Assembly: GCA_964247055.1 (NCBI GenBank)
Contig: OZ176051.1
Location: forward strand, 8,618,001-8,682,000
DNA length: 64,000 nt
Source: Paragordius varius
Taxonomy: Eukaryota > Animalia > Nematomorpha
Direction: 5' to 3'
Part shown: piece by piece, positions 11,301-33,423 of the stretch
Layout of the letters: every line of letters starts with the position of its first letter
Numbering within the stretch: the first letter of the stretch is position 1
The notes under the pieces: model-generated
The model's database searches: none
What the model saw: the letters and a program-made list of their open reading frames with translations, nothing else
What the model was told of the DNA's origin: nothing
Translations under genes and position numbers: made by a program

Positions 11301-14300
11301 AATCTGTCATTTACAAATAAAAGATTATAATATATTTGAATCTCATTTTTTACTTTCAGAAATTCCTTTATACTTGGATCACTCCAATCATTTGTTCTTA
11401 TTGCTGATTTAAGTTTGTTTGCCAATGGATCTAACCTTATCTCCTCCTCCACTAACTCTTTACTTAGATTAAATTTATTCATAGTTAAAAATTTTACCGT
11501 GTGTGATACCTCATCATCTTCATTTTGCACCTCCATGGTATTATCATTATTTGGTAATCTGGATAGAGCGTCGGCTAAGTTGTTTTGCCCTTTTTTATAT
11601 TCGATTTCATAGTCGTATCCCGATGTTTTATAGATCCATCTAAGAAGTTTAGCATTATTAATATTTTGTAAATTTCGAGTTCGACCAAATAACCCGATTA
11701 GTGGTTTGTGGTCGGTTATAATTTTGAATTTTCTACCATATATAAATGGTTTAAATTTTTCTATAGCATACGTGATAGCTTTTGCTTCTTTCTCTATTGT
11801 TGAATAATTGGTTTCGGCATCGGTACATTTGCGTGAAGCGTATGATATGGGACGCTTTCCTTCCGGGGTAATATGTAGTAAGATCGCTCCAAATCCCTTG
11901 TTTGATGCGTCTGTTTCTATTAGTATTGGCCAATTTGGGTTATACGGTATTAATGTATTGTAATTTATCATTAGTTGTTTTGCGGATTGGAACTCCTCTT
12001 CTTCTATCTCGGTCCAGGCCCATGGTCTACTTGAACCTGTGTTTCTGTGGAGGTTGCATATCGCTTGATGGAGATTTGGTATGAATCGTTCATGAAAGTT
12101 TAGCAGTCCTAAAAATGATCTTAGTTCTGTCTTATTGGTGGGTCTCGGACAATTGATCAAAGCTTGAATTTTGTCATTGGTGGGACGAATTCCACTCTTT
12201 GAAATTTCATATCCCATGTAATTGACAGATGAAACGGCAAGTTGCAATTTGTCTCGGCTCAGTTTCAACCCTGCAGCTTCCAATCGTTGCAATACCCTGG
12301 TCAATGTGGCGTCATGTTCGGTTCTTGTTTTACCTGATATTAATATGTCATCTAAATAGATACATATACCTGGTATATCACCAATCAAATTATCCATGAT
12401 TCGTTGAAATATATGAGGGGCCGTAGTCAACCCAAATGGAAGTCGTTGGTAACAATAAAAACCTTGATGGGTAGTTATGGTCAGTAGTGGTTGTGATGAT
12501 TGTTTTATGGGAATTTGCAGGTAAGCATCCTTCAGGTCTAGTGACGTAAAAACTGTCCCTTGAGCTGTTCTTGAGATTAGTTCATCAAAGGTGGGGATTA
12601 CATGAGAATCGGGTAGCAAATGAGGATTGAGGCTGATTCGAAAATCCGCACATATCCTTATTTGGCCATTTGGTTTTAATATATTTACTGTTGGTGTGGC
12701 CCACGATATTCGCTCCCTATTTGGGTCAATTTTTCTCAAGATACCTAGGTTTATCAATCTATCTAGTTCCTTTTCCACACGTTCTTGGAGGGGTAGGGGA
12801 ACTCTCCTGCAAGGGTATATTTTGGGTGTTGTATTATTTTTTATCGCAATCGATACCTCCATATCCTTAAGACAGCCTAACCCGTCCGAGAACAACCTAT
12901 TATACTGGTTATATATAGATTTATTAGTTATATTATTGATCATCACATTATCTGGTAAATTTAAAGCAAATGCACGGATCCAAGGGAGACCAAAAATTAA
13001 TGGCCGATCTCCCTCGGTTACAAAACATTCAAGGGTTTTTGTCATACCGTTCATTGTTACGCGCAATTCTGTTTTACCCATGGTTGGGATAGTTTCATTA
13101 TTGTATGTGGACAGTCTTTGTCCTACCTCCAGTCGTGGTTGTCCTGTTGATTTCCAGCATCTCTCATTGATAACTGTCACATCCGCACCGGTGTCAAACA
13201 ACATTGATGTTTCTATTCCGTTAAGTTGCACTGTTATCGTTGGGCCCATCCCCGTTGAATTTGTCACTGCCCGAATACCTGGTTTGGTGGGATATTTGGT
13301 TCGGCAATACTTTGCAAAATGGTTGTATTTTCCGCACTTATAGCATCGTTGACCCTTTGCACTGCATTTATCGATTGCATGACATTTTCCACATCTTTGG
13401 CAGTCTCTTTGGTGTATGGTTCTTTCTTGGCGGATTTTTAGCACCTTCGGTTCAATCACTTCGAGGGAATGCGCCATATCAATTACCATTTGTAGTGACA
13501 CTGGTTCGCCTTCATTTTGGCCCGTGGGGAATCTTATATGTAATTCCCGTTCTAGGATTGGCATATTTAGTCCTATCAAGAAAACATCTCTTAATAAGTA
13601 TGAGATATTGCCTTCAAAATCACAATCGTCAGCTAGTACTTTTAATCTTTCCATATAACTCATGATTGGTTCGCCTTCTTGTCTGGTTGTTTTAAAGAAT
13701 TCTTTACGACTCAGCCATATGCTTTTGTCCGGGGCAAAGATTTGCATTGCCAATTTTTGAATTTGAGCCCATGTCATCTCCTCTATTTTCGTAGGAAACG
13801 CTTGGTTTTCCAGTTTAGAGATTGTGCGTAGTCCTGCATAGGCCAGGAATAAGTTTTTTAATATTTCATCATTTGGATTAATGTTTTTAGCGATTAAGAT
13901 ACGATTCACGTGCTTTAAGTATTGTTTAAAATTAGTGTTTGGATCGTATTCGTTAATACTGATTTTGGAAATTTCGTCCATTAACGGCACCAATAATACG
14001 TTTAAAATAGAGACGACATATGAATTAATAACTCAAATTAAGTACATTTATTAACTGATAGCTCAGTGTTGGTATAGGTGTATTTATATATTTTAGCAAG
14101 GATAAATTACAATAATAAATTAGAATACTATTTGTATCAAATACAATGTCATATAAATTATATAATAAATAATAATAATATAACTTAAGGTTATAACCAA
14201 TTAACAAAGTCTATTCCCAATCACGATGAGCTAAACGATAAAGACCGAAAGGAAATTAAAAACGAACCCTTATGTTTAGCACTAATAACTCTATTGACTG

Positions 14301-17300
14301 GTTTTGATTCGCAATCAATATTTGAAATGGTATAAAATATATATTTTTTATTTATTATAATCAAATTATGAAGGCGTGATTGTATAACAGGTAGGACGCC
14401 TTTGATAAAAAAAACGAAAAAGAGACTCTAAACTATATATTTTTTATTAAATTATAATCAAATTAATGCCATTGGTTAATTTTTATTTTCCGTTAGCTTA
14501 ATGCATGTTGCCTATTACCTTTAATTTTGAAAGGAAAATTTTATTTTGATATATCTATAAATCATCATTCTTTCTTTCTAAATTTTAATACGTTTATAAA
14601 TATTAAATATATTATAGATTGATTATGATAATCTTAATATTAAAGCATCTTTTAGACCCAAATTAATCTCTTTTGTGTTTTTTAAATCTAATTAAAATTT
14701 TATTAATGAATGATTGTACATGCTGTTATTTAAAGCATTCTTTACATAAAAACCATATAATTTTCATGGTAAAATCAATGTTTTAAATGATACTCGCAAT
14801 TTCAGTAGATTAGCCGTCATTTTGAATTGTTTTCCCATATATATATGGTCCCTTAACTCTATATTTGCTAACCCGGATTTGTTACAATTTTAAATCTTGG
14901 TTGACTTTTTCATTTAACAACTAATGCGTTATCAAATTTTTTTTGCCTATATATCAAATATATTTTATATATAGCTACAAAATACATGGGACACTCTAAA
15001 TCTCACAAATTTTATCCATTGTATTTTGCATTGTTCAAATTCATTCTTTCAAACGGCAATTTTAAACAACTGTCAAAAAGCATTAAGGAATGAGGAAACG
15101 GAAATTAAATTCATTCAAATTTACCAATGTTGTGGATCATGGCTTAAACAAAATCAAAAATTACTTTACAACAATAATTATGCACAGGTGAGAAGATAAA
15201 TATTAGTTGAATTTTAAAAAAATAATTTAGTTTCTGCGCTTAAAGTTAAAAAACGGCATTATTAAATGATTATATATTATTACTTTACAATTTTTAATTT
15301 AAAAATAATTTTTATTAAAGCACCTAAAAACTTTTAAATGAAAAAGTTTTTTTTAAACAAACAATTTAATGTATACATATGAGTGTTTTCTTTTTTGGAT
15401 AAAATTTTTAGTTACAAGTGTTAGCAACTGAGTTTGCCGATCAAATGCTTCAAATATACGTCGGATTACAAAAGAAAAATGTTTTAATTAATTGCAATCA
15501 TGATAATAATAATAATATTAATGCTCAAACCATCGATAATATTAATAAAAAAAGAAATTTCATTTCAGAGGGCAAATATCAACTTCAAAAACTTTTTGAT
15601 GCCACGTATGATTTGTGGAAAGTGTTCGTAGCTATAACTATACGTTCAACGCAAATCAATTTACACATTGCACTTATTGGTACCTGGAATCGTTTATTTG
15701 GACTCCAATGTTCTGAATTGTTTTACCCAGCCAAAGATCCTAAATACAGGTATTGCTAGATAATAACTCTTTTTTTGGGAATTTATCCTTTATCTTTTTT
15801 ACATCTGTTTTTGAAGATAATTTATTATTTTGTTTTATTTGATTAAAATACAGTATGTATTTTAATGGTTTCTTATTTCACACTATAGTAGGTCAATTTG
15901 CAACACATGAGTGTGTGGAAAAAGGAAGGGACTTATTGTTTATTCAACATTTTGTTGTTTTTTCCATACACTACGGTGTTGCAAATTGCCCTACTATAGT
16001 ATGAAATAAGCAACCATTAAACAAATTGACTTATAAACTCTTTTAAATTTTTATATATGTAAAACATAAGCCAAAACTTTTTTTGCACATTCATATTGAC
16101 CAACCTGGTGAATTTTGGATTGATAAAAAATATATTTATTAGTATATATTATATTTTAAACACAGAATATGCATTTTATTCAAATAAATATAAAGATTAT
16201 TTAGGATTTTATTCTCTTTAAATTATTTATTTTAATATACAATCAATTCGATTGCTGAATGGTTATTGTTTTTTTACCCATAAATCATTAATTAATATCT
16301 TTCTATAAAACGCCTTTATACAATTTTTATCTATAGGGATGATATGATTAACATAGCTTGCACTAATATAATTATGCCAATACCTATGTCCGAAAGTCAT
16401 CAAGTATTATTATTTTATTTTTATATTTTATTTAACCAAAATTATATCAAAAATAGATTAAAAAACCCATAGAACCATTATCCATATCCGAGAAAGATAT
16501 CTTAATATTAGATACACCTGAAGAAAACTTAAAAACAATATCTTACAAAAATGAATCAAATTTAATAACTTCTGGAAAATTACTATCTACGGAATCTATA
16601 AATAATAGTCAAATCATAAATCTCCAAAGTCCACCTGTTTTATGTGAAAATATACATGAACAAAAAAGCGAAATGGCCTTAGATATTACTCAAAATGCAA
16701 ATGTGGAAATACAAGGAAATTCTAATAAAATAATTACGACTGAAAAATTTGTATCTAAAAGTGAAACTCAATATGAAAGCATTGATTATAATACAAACGA
16801 TGTTACATGTTTAACAAAAGAGAAAAACATGGCAACACCAATATGTAGCAAAAATATATTGTCTAATAACATAGAAGGTCCAAAAACATTGGCACATAAA
16901 ATATCACTTCAGAGTGTTTTAGATGCTTGGAAAAAGCAAACTCCAGTTTCTCCTAGAATACCTCGCCCCTGTGCAAAATATATGTCAAATGATGGCAAAA
17001 ATCAAAATAATAACCTACCGCAAAATAGTGTACTTGTAAACTCCAATAGTTTAAGGTTAGGGATACTTCATTTGAAACTTAAATTTTAATTAATTTGTTA
17101 CTCCGGTTTTATGTTATATATATATATATATATATATTACAAAAAGGTCTTAAAAATCGGTTCCAATGAATTTTGTGGCGAAAAATTGATTAGATTTATA
17201 AGTTATTAATTACTATTTATTAGCGAATACCGAAATTTGATCTATCGATTTGTATTACCTTATAGATAATTTATATATATAATATTTAATCAGAGCATTT

Positions 17301-19244
17301 TTTTTATATCTTTATTTCAGTGAACCCAAAATGGATGTAACCAAAAAGAAAATGTTAAATAATCTTAGTTCTTCAACATTTTCTGCTAATGTTACAACCT
17401 TTAAACATTCAAGCCCATCGTTAATTTCAACTATGAAACGACACATTTTTGATCCTTACCCAATGACGACACCAAGCGCATATTCAGGCAAAAAAGATAA
17501 TATAATTCCTAACGTATTTAACGATGATTCTTCTTTACTTCCTTATACAAAAATTATTAGTACACCACCTCAGAATCCCAAACCTGGCATTTTAAAACGG
17601 AAATATGCTCACTCTGCCGAATCTAAACCAAAAATTATGGCATTATGTTCCGTAGAAAATAAGTTTGACATAATTCCCCTGTCCAATGTCTACCATAATG
17701 AATCAACTTTTCAGGAAACAACGCCAAATTTTAAGGTTTTATTAGCTGAATATTTGTTTTTCTGTTTTTTGTTTAAAATATGTTAAGGAATTGTATTTTT
17801 TTCGCTAAAAATGTTATCCGGCAATTTAGATATTTGGTGTTTTTTATTTATTACAAATATGTTAGGGACATAAAAATTTTTAAAAAAAACATATTTTTTA
17901 TACATTGACATAATAATTTATTTTTTCTCGTATCGTTATGTTGATTTGGATTGTTTTCCCCAAAAAATAAATAATTTGGTGAACTTAACCGACATACCCT
18001 CTTTTAAATCGAACGCTTCAAAATAACATTATTTTTTCAATCTTTTTTATCACATAATGAATACATATATATATGTGTATAAAATTATTCCGCATAAATT
18101 ATAGAAAAGAATTAGATTTGCTGATGAATGTAATACCGATGCTACGCATAAAACCGACCTTAATACAGGTGAAAACAGTAGTTTAAATCTCGAAAATGAA
18201 CCACAAAAACACAAAGATAATTTTATTACTGAAAATAATGTTAAAAGAAATGAAAATACCATCGTAGAAAACATGTCATTAATTAATAATGATTTAAAAA
18301 ACAGAGAAAGTAATGATAATATTGATTTGTTAGGAAATAATGTTATCGATAACGGAAATAATAATATTAATATCAAAGAATTTAATAAAAATGTTTGTAA
18401 AAACTTACAACCTACAAATATTTCTCCACTTCGTTTAACGGATGTGACTGAACTAACATTACCGATTTATACAGTAAGTCTTGTTTTTGTTTTATTTTAA
18501 TTTCTTTTTACCGTAAACGTGCATTTTAATAATTTTAAATCACACAATATCTGTTTTATGAGCCTCTATTGACCAATAAATTTCAATTGTTAAATAATTC
18601 GATTGCTAATTTTTAATTATTGTATATTAATTTATATAAGTAATGTTAAAGTATAACATATAATTCTTTTTTTTATTTTGATGAAAAAAATATTAGTAAG
18701 TTGGTGAAAGGATATCATTTTTATTAATATTCGGATTATAAATGAATTTATTATAAATTTTTCAAACGTAAAATTAAAATATAAACAAAAACTATTAAAT
18801 AAGATATTAAAAAAATAAATCTTTTTTAATTGTGTACAGATAATAAGCAGCATTTTAGTTTGAAGGGGCTTTTTAAATAAGCTTACGTGAGGCGAGGGGG
18901 TCTATGGAATAATTAATTTACTAATTATCCACTCTTAAGTACTATTTTTTATTAAATTTTTTAATATATTATAACTATAGAACGATGATCTCAACATCTC
19001 ACAATTGCCGACGCCAAATAAATCTGTCTTAAATGAAAATGATTCAACTTTTTTGAATATTTCCGATATGTCGCTTCCCCTCACAAATAGTTTGGATGAA
19101 AATACTCAACAATTTTCCAATTTTGTTATTGTCAATACTCAAAATAAGTCTAAACCTACACGAAATATTCGAGTAACTAGACATTCGGCTAACAAAAAAA
19201 TTTTATTTAGTCAAAATGTTGTATATACTACGAATACACCATAA
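8331..19244 (+). CDS. RIF1: Probable RIF1 (N-terminal HEAT repeats, long disordered region, GILK + RVxF PP1-docking motifs); one exon interrupted by an LTR retrotransposon
   Basis: Phase-compatible exons: 8331-8426, 8453-8565, 8589-8759, 8783-8969, 9041-9176, 9865-9964+14212-14329, 14974-15188, from 15412, from 16337, to 17055, 17321-17735, 18105-18473, 18981-19244. Some exons around 9.2-9.9 kb and 14.3-14.9 kb are unresolved. KWIRIIYGMMFHHDLAVRMLALEIL aligns by eye with human RIF1 RWAKLVIPLVVHSAQKVHLRGATAL. IQSILK..L..S..CWNALL resembles INSLLQ..AWKSLI. GILKRK lies at 17586 and the spliced FK/KRIRFADE at 18105 resembles the RIF1 SILK...RVSFADP pair. Confidence 0.65.
9368..9712. mobile_element. 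Dispersed ~350-bp non-autonomous element; copies at ~46847-47215 (same orientation) and ~56975-57310 (inverted)
   Basis: Shared blocks such as TGATATTAAAATC..AATATATC..GTTT..GCTGGTAAAATATAGCC and ATCGCTCTGGGATA in all three copies. One end finishes near TTAA; superfamily not established. Confidence 0.65.
9965..10177 (-). repeat. 3' LTR (213 bp)
   Basis: Direct repeat of 13994-14206. On the element strand it begins TGTTAATTGG and ends CGTATTA. Confidence 0.95.
10178..10192 (-). other. Polypurine tract overlapping the last codons and stop of gag-pol
   Basis: The element strand reads ATAGGGGGAAGATAA immediately before the TG of the 3' LTR. Confidence 0.85.
10178..13981 (-). CDS. Gag-Pol polyprotein, single ORF, 1267 aa from the first ATG (13981)
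   Basis: Zinc knuckles CQRCGKCHAIDKC and CYKCGKYNHFAKYC; protease LFDTGADVTVI; RT LDLKDAYLQ...YLDD; RNase H ETDASNKGFGAIL; integrase H(TG)H...CEPC, HIDIAG, VTDNG, NGLVER. The ORF track's TTG start at 13993 is an in-frame extension through the PBS. Confidence 0.97.
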   Translation of the reverse strand: MDEISKISINEYDPNTNFKQYLKHVNRILIAKNINPNDEILKNLFLAYAGLRTISKLENQAFPTKIEEMTWAQIQKLAMQIFAPDKSIWLSRKEFFKTTRQEGEPIMSYMERLKVLADDCDFEGNISYLLRDVFLIGLNMPILERELHIRFPTGQNEGEPVSLQMVIDMAHSLEVIEPKVLKIRQERTIHQRDCQRCGKCHAIDKCSAKGQRCYKCGKYNHFAKYCRTKYPTKPGIRAVTNSTGMGPTITVQLNGIETSMLFDTGADVTVINERCWKSTGQPRLEVGQRLSTYNNETIPTMGKTELRVTMNGMTKTLECFVTEGDRPLIFGLPWIRAFALNLPDNVMINNITNKSIYNQYNRLFSDGLGCLKDMEVSIAIKNNTTPKIYPCRRVPLPLQERVEKELDRLINLGILRKIDPNRERISWATPTVNILKPNGQIRICADFRISLNPHLLPDSHVIPTFDELISRTAQGTVFTSLDLKDAYLQIPIKQSSQPLLTITTHQGFYCYQRLPFGLTTAPHIFQRIMDNLIGDIPGICIYLDDILISGKTRTEHDATLTRVLQRLEAAGLKLSRDKLQLAVSSVNYMGYEISKSGIRPTNDKIQALINCPRPTNKTELRSFLGLLNFHERFIPNLHQAICNLHRNTGSSRPWAWTEIEEEEFQSAKQLMINYNTLIPYNPNWPILIETDASNKGFGAILLHITPEGKRPISYASRKCTDAETNYSTIEKEAKAITYAIEKFKPFIYGRKFKIITDHKPLIGLFGRTRNLQNINNAKLLRWIYKTSGYDYEIEYKKGQNNLADALSRLPNNDNTMEVQNEDDEVSHTVKFLTMNKFNLSKELVEEEIRLDPLANKLKSAIRTNDWSDPSIKEFLKVKNEIQIYYNLLFVNDRLLIPTSLQRDVMKFLHTGHNGAQSMKQQARQSIYWPNLEKDLENFVETCEPCQRNKPNIKENPTWKWNFNTALWERIHIDIAGPIDGYFWLVTIDSASRWVEVDLLKSITSQQLLNCLEKHMARFGFPRQIVTDNGPYFTSHEFRSTLHNLNIKHILVSPYHPKSNGLVERCIATLKFRYRATKTQTMHAHEAINTILYGYRNSTHSAIMNTPSQVFLKRHPNGPMSWLKTQTTEFIDNEIEPTRQFVPREKVFIKNEIEKGWRAGEILERRGPLSYMVTDETDRVLRKHADQLKQRMECPRTTTPAPETPINSEEYTSTPPDLEAINNNIQPSPIGITTQDNNVAPTTNIDMPKPRYPQRQRKPPDRFTIGGR
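13984..13992 (-). other. Primer-binding site complementary to the tRNA-His 3' end
   Basis: TGGTGCCGT lies 1 nt after the 5' LTR. Eukaryotic tRNA-His ends ...ACGGCA-CCA (9-nt match, from memory). Confidence 0.7.
13994..14206 (-). repeat. 5' LTR (213 bp)
   Basis: Direct repeat of 9965-10177; the ORF track gives identical 60-aa translations for both. Confidence 0.95.
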
Positions 19245-19803
19245 AAAACATAAATATATATAATTATTATTTAATAAATATAAAAAAATAAATTTACAAA
19301 TATAAATATCGACACAATTAACTTTTGAGGTAATTTTTTACCATAGAAAAATTATGAATTTGAATATTTGTTAAATTTTGATGTAAAAAAATTAATAATT
19401 ATAAAAATAAAAATTCTTATTTCAAACTTTTTGCCGCCAAATAATTTTAGGTTTTTTTAATTTCCTAAAATTTGCAATCATAAATTATTATGTTAAAACG
19501 AAATTTTAACATTAAAATATATTTAAATAGCTCTTTGTTTCCATCAATTAAAATATTCAATGTTTAATGCATAGTAATTAAGAAAATATAATAATTTTCT
19601 TTTGTAAATACTAAATAATTATGGTAAAATTTTAATATGTCTCAAAAGTCAAAACGAAAAACACCTCATAACATAATTTTTAAAGTATTTGAGTATCAAA
19701 ATATACCAATTTTTTTAACCATTACAAACCAAAAATTAATTTGAGATCGATAAATTTATTAGATATATATATGTACAATTCTTAACAAGTTCAACAGTAA
19801 TAA

Positions 19804-30789
<10,986 letters not shown>

Positions 30790-30847
30790 TTGAATCGGTC
30801 TGGGTTTTGCAAATAAATGGGAAAGGGTGTTTTTAAATTTAATTTAA

Positions 30848-31422
30848 CACTTCGATTCAAATTGGGGTATCTAAATACCCAAGACTAAATTTAAATAAAT
30901 ATATTTAAAAAACTACTGAAGGAAACGGTCCCAATTTAAATTTATGCTTCTATCCTAATAAGAATTATATAAATATGCCAAAAAATCTTGATAAAATTTT
31001 GTTTTAAAAGGTTCATGTCACCACTTCGACGCCATTTTTATTTTACACAATTTTTGCAAAATATTGTCTTCATTTAATTTTAAGCGTAAAGTTAAAGTTA
31101 ATTTTTTATTTAAATCTCATCTAACATTGATAGAAATAGAAAAAGCGGTTTATTTTATGTTACTTTTTAATTTTGCCATTTCACACATGCCATGTTGACA
31201 AAATTTTTACCTTTCGGTTTTGGCTTAAAATAAGTAATATCAAGTATTTTTGAAAATATATTTTTATATATTTCTGTTTATTAATGTTATATAAGTCCAA
31301 AATTTTGCCATGGTTTCAATTCCTTCCATACTTTCTAATGTATTTGATTTTAAACAGGCCTGGGGTATCCAACTACCCCAATTTGAATAGGAGGACTAAA
31401 ATGAGTGTGTTGTATCCAAGTG
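30848..31422. mobile_element. TTAA-flanked (piggyBac-type) MITE; partial relatives at ~27150-27350 (inverted), ~32275-32460 (inverted) and ~54900-55384
   Basis: TTAA|CACTT...AAGTG|TTAA ends. Subterminal inverted repeat ATTCAAATTGGGGTA. Internal blocks are shared with the other copies. Confidence 0.7.
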
Positions 31423-31429
31423 TTAAGTA

Positions 31430-32140
31430 AACAAGTAAAGGGTGTAGTGTCCAAAGATCGTCGGCTATCTGCCGTCAAAGCATTCCCTACCCACCCGTAA
31501 CGCATTGAATTTCAGAGCAGGGACACACATCGGAGGTTGGGATCGACGTTAGTATCTACATACAATAAATGCCTTCGTGTTAGGTGTTTTATTGTAAGTT
31601 AATATAATTATTAGGCTATATTATATAAATAGATTATTTTGCCGTGTTAAGTAAATAAAAGCAATATTTGAAAATAAATAACCCTACAAACAGGGTTGTA
31701 ATCCTTAGTCCACAAAGTAATGACAGAGGTCTATGTCGAGTTAAATGTAGGATTAAAATTAAGCATATATCTTTGGTGTAGAAGATAATCTTCATTTGCT
31801 TCTAAATGAGTGTGGTCTTTAAGATAGACCGATTTCGGATATATTAAACATGACAAGCGTCAACGTTACCCCTTCATGCGACCATGTTTCAGCTGTACCT
31901 TCAACCAGGAGCCATCCCGGAATAAGTGGCCGTTGATCTTGCTCTGAGCTAAGTCTCATCTCCGACAAAAAGAGATGTCGGAGAATGGTAACCAACCCTG
32001 CTCAAATATCAGCGGCTCCAACATTGCCTCCCAGGATGTCATTGTCCCCAATGATTGGCAAGTCGTTTCGCCAGAGTCGGGCCTTGCATGGCGGCTTGAG
32101 TTGGTAAATGTATATTTTACGCTGGTGACATACATTAGCA
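31430..32140 (+). pseudogene. Degenerate GC-richer relic, probably scrambled Ty3/Gypsy RT fragments
   Basis: Interrupted translations VKGVVSKDRRLSAVKAFPTHP*RIEFQS (like the RT end GxVSKDG..AV..FPxP..ELxS) and QLYLQPGAIP. Stops are present in all frames. Confidence 0.35.
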
Positions 32141-33423
32141 ATACACAATATTAACTTTGTAATTTATGCAGTTATCATAAACTAATTTACGTGTAAATAT
32201 TTATAATGTGGGTCGTAAAATAACGTAAAAATAATATATAATCCGTACTGAGACGAATGGGAGAACACTTGGAGACAACACATTCATTCTCTCGATTAAA
32301 ATTGGGCTAGTTATATACCATAGGCTTGTTAAAAATTAAATTTTAAAAAATATGAAATAAATTAAAACCATGGCTATAGTTTGCACTAATAGAAAATTAA
32401 TGAACCGAAATATCAAAAATATTTATACAATAAATCTTGATATTACTTTTTCAGAGAAGCCCAAAGGTAAGAATTAGGCCAACATGACATGTGTACATAA
32501 GCTAAATAAAAATACCGCAAAAGTTACCATGTTTTCTGTTTATATCAATGTTAAATGCGATATTAATAAGAGAAACTTAATTTTGGGCTTAGAATCAAAT
32601 GAACACGATATTTTGCAATAATCTTGCAAATAAAAATGGCGTTCAAGTAGTTTAATAAGAAATTATTTTTCCAAAACTAAATTTTATCAAGATGATTTGG
32701 TTTATTTATATTTTTACTTAAGATAAAAACATAAATTTAATTGCCGTTTCTTTCGGTAGTTTTTTAACAGTATTTTATAATGTCAAGGGTAAGATACCCA
32801 ATTAAAATGGAAGGGTTTAATTTACATGGTTGGAAATATCCATCCATTTATTGAAAAGGACATATACAAATAAAATAATATCTCATAATTCGTTATTTAG
32901 CGATTCAGACCCAATCAAAAAATACGATAAATATTTAATTTAGCTATAATTTTGTTTACAACCAAACTGATTTTAATTTGGCCATATAAAATATTTTCCA
33001 TCCATTTTTTATTTACATTTTCATTGCTAACTAATGATAATAGCCCTTAATGAGAGTATTTTCTTAGAGTGTTTGTCTTTCTAGGATTTATTTAATTTAT
33101 ATATGCAATTAATTTTCCCTGCGTTTAAGATAATTATAATGACAGCTATAAAATATATAAATTAAAATGTGCAATTAACCTCCCAGGTTTTTTAAGAAAA
33201 TGATACATATTAAATTTAATTAGGTGAATTCTATAATTTAGATAGCCATCTATCAAATTTTATAACAGCATTATGATATTCCGACATTTCCTGTCTGATA
33301 ATATTCAAAAATATAATTGTATCTTTATCCAAAACTTAAAAAACAATTTCGAAAAGGAGAATAAAAGTTTTTGAGATGTGAGTTTTCTTAATATTAGATT
33401 TTTTGATATTATTTCGATTAGAG

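Larger units (their letters stand above)
9965..14206 (-). mobile_element. Full-length Ty3/Gypsy LTR retrotransposon (Mag-like), 4242 bp
   Basis: Two 213-bp LTRs (9965-10177, 13994-14206) in which I see no differences. 5-bp TSD AAGTC at 9960-9964 and 14207-14211. PBS and PPT present. Domain order gag-PR-RT-RH-IN. Confidence 0.97.

Noticed and set aside
10223-13665. Plus-strand ORFs of 60-238 aa inside the retrotransposon (e.g. 12627-13343, 13240-13665)
   Set aside because: They are antisense shadows of the long, less AT-rich gag-pol ORF, with no motifs or splice signals linking them to the host gene.
31959-31984. 9-bp perfect hairpin as part of a structured ncRNA
   Set aside because: It is an isolated stem within probable retroelement debris, with no recognisable RNA family or Pol III signals.
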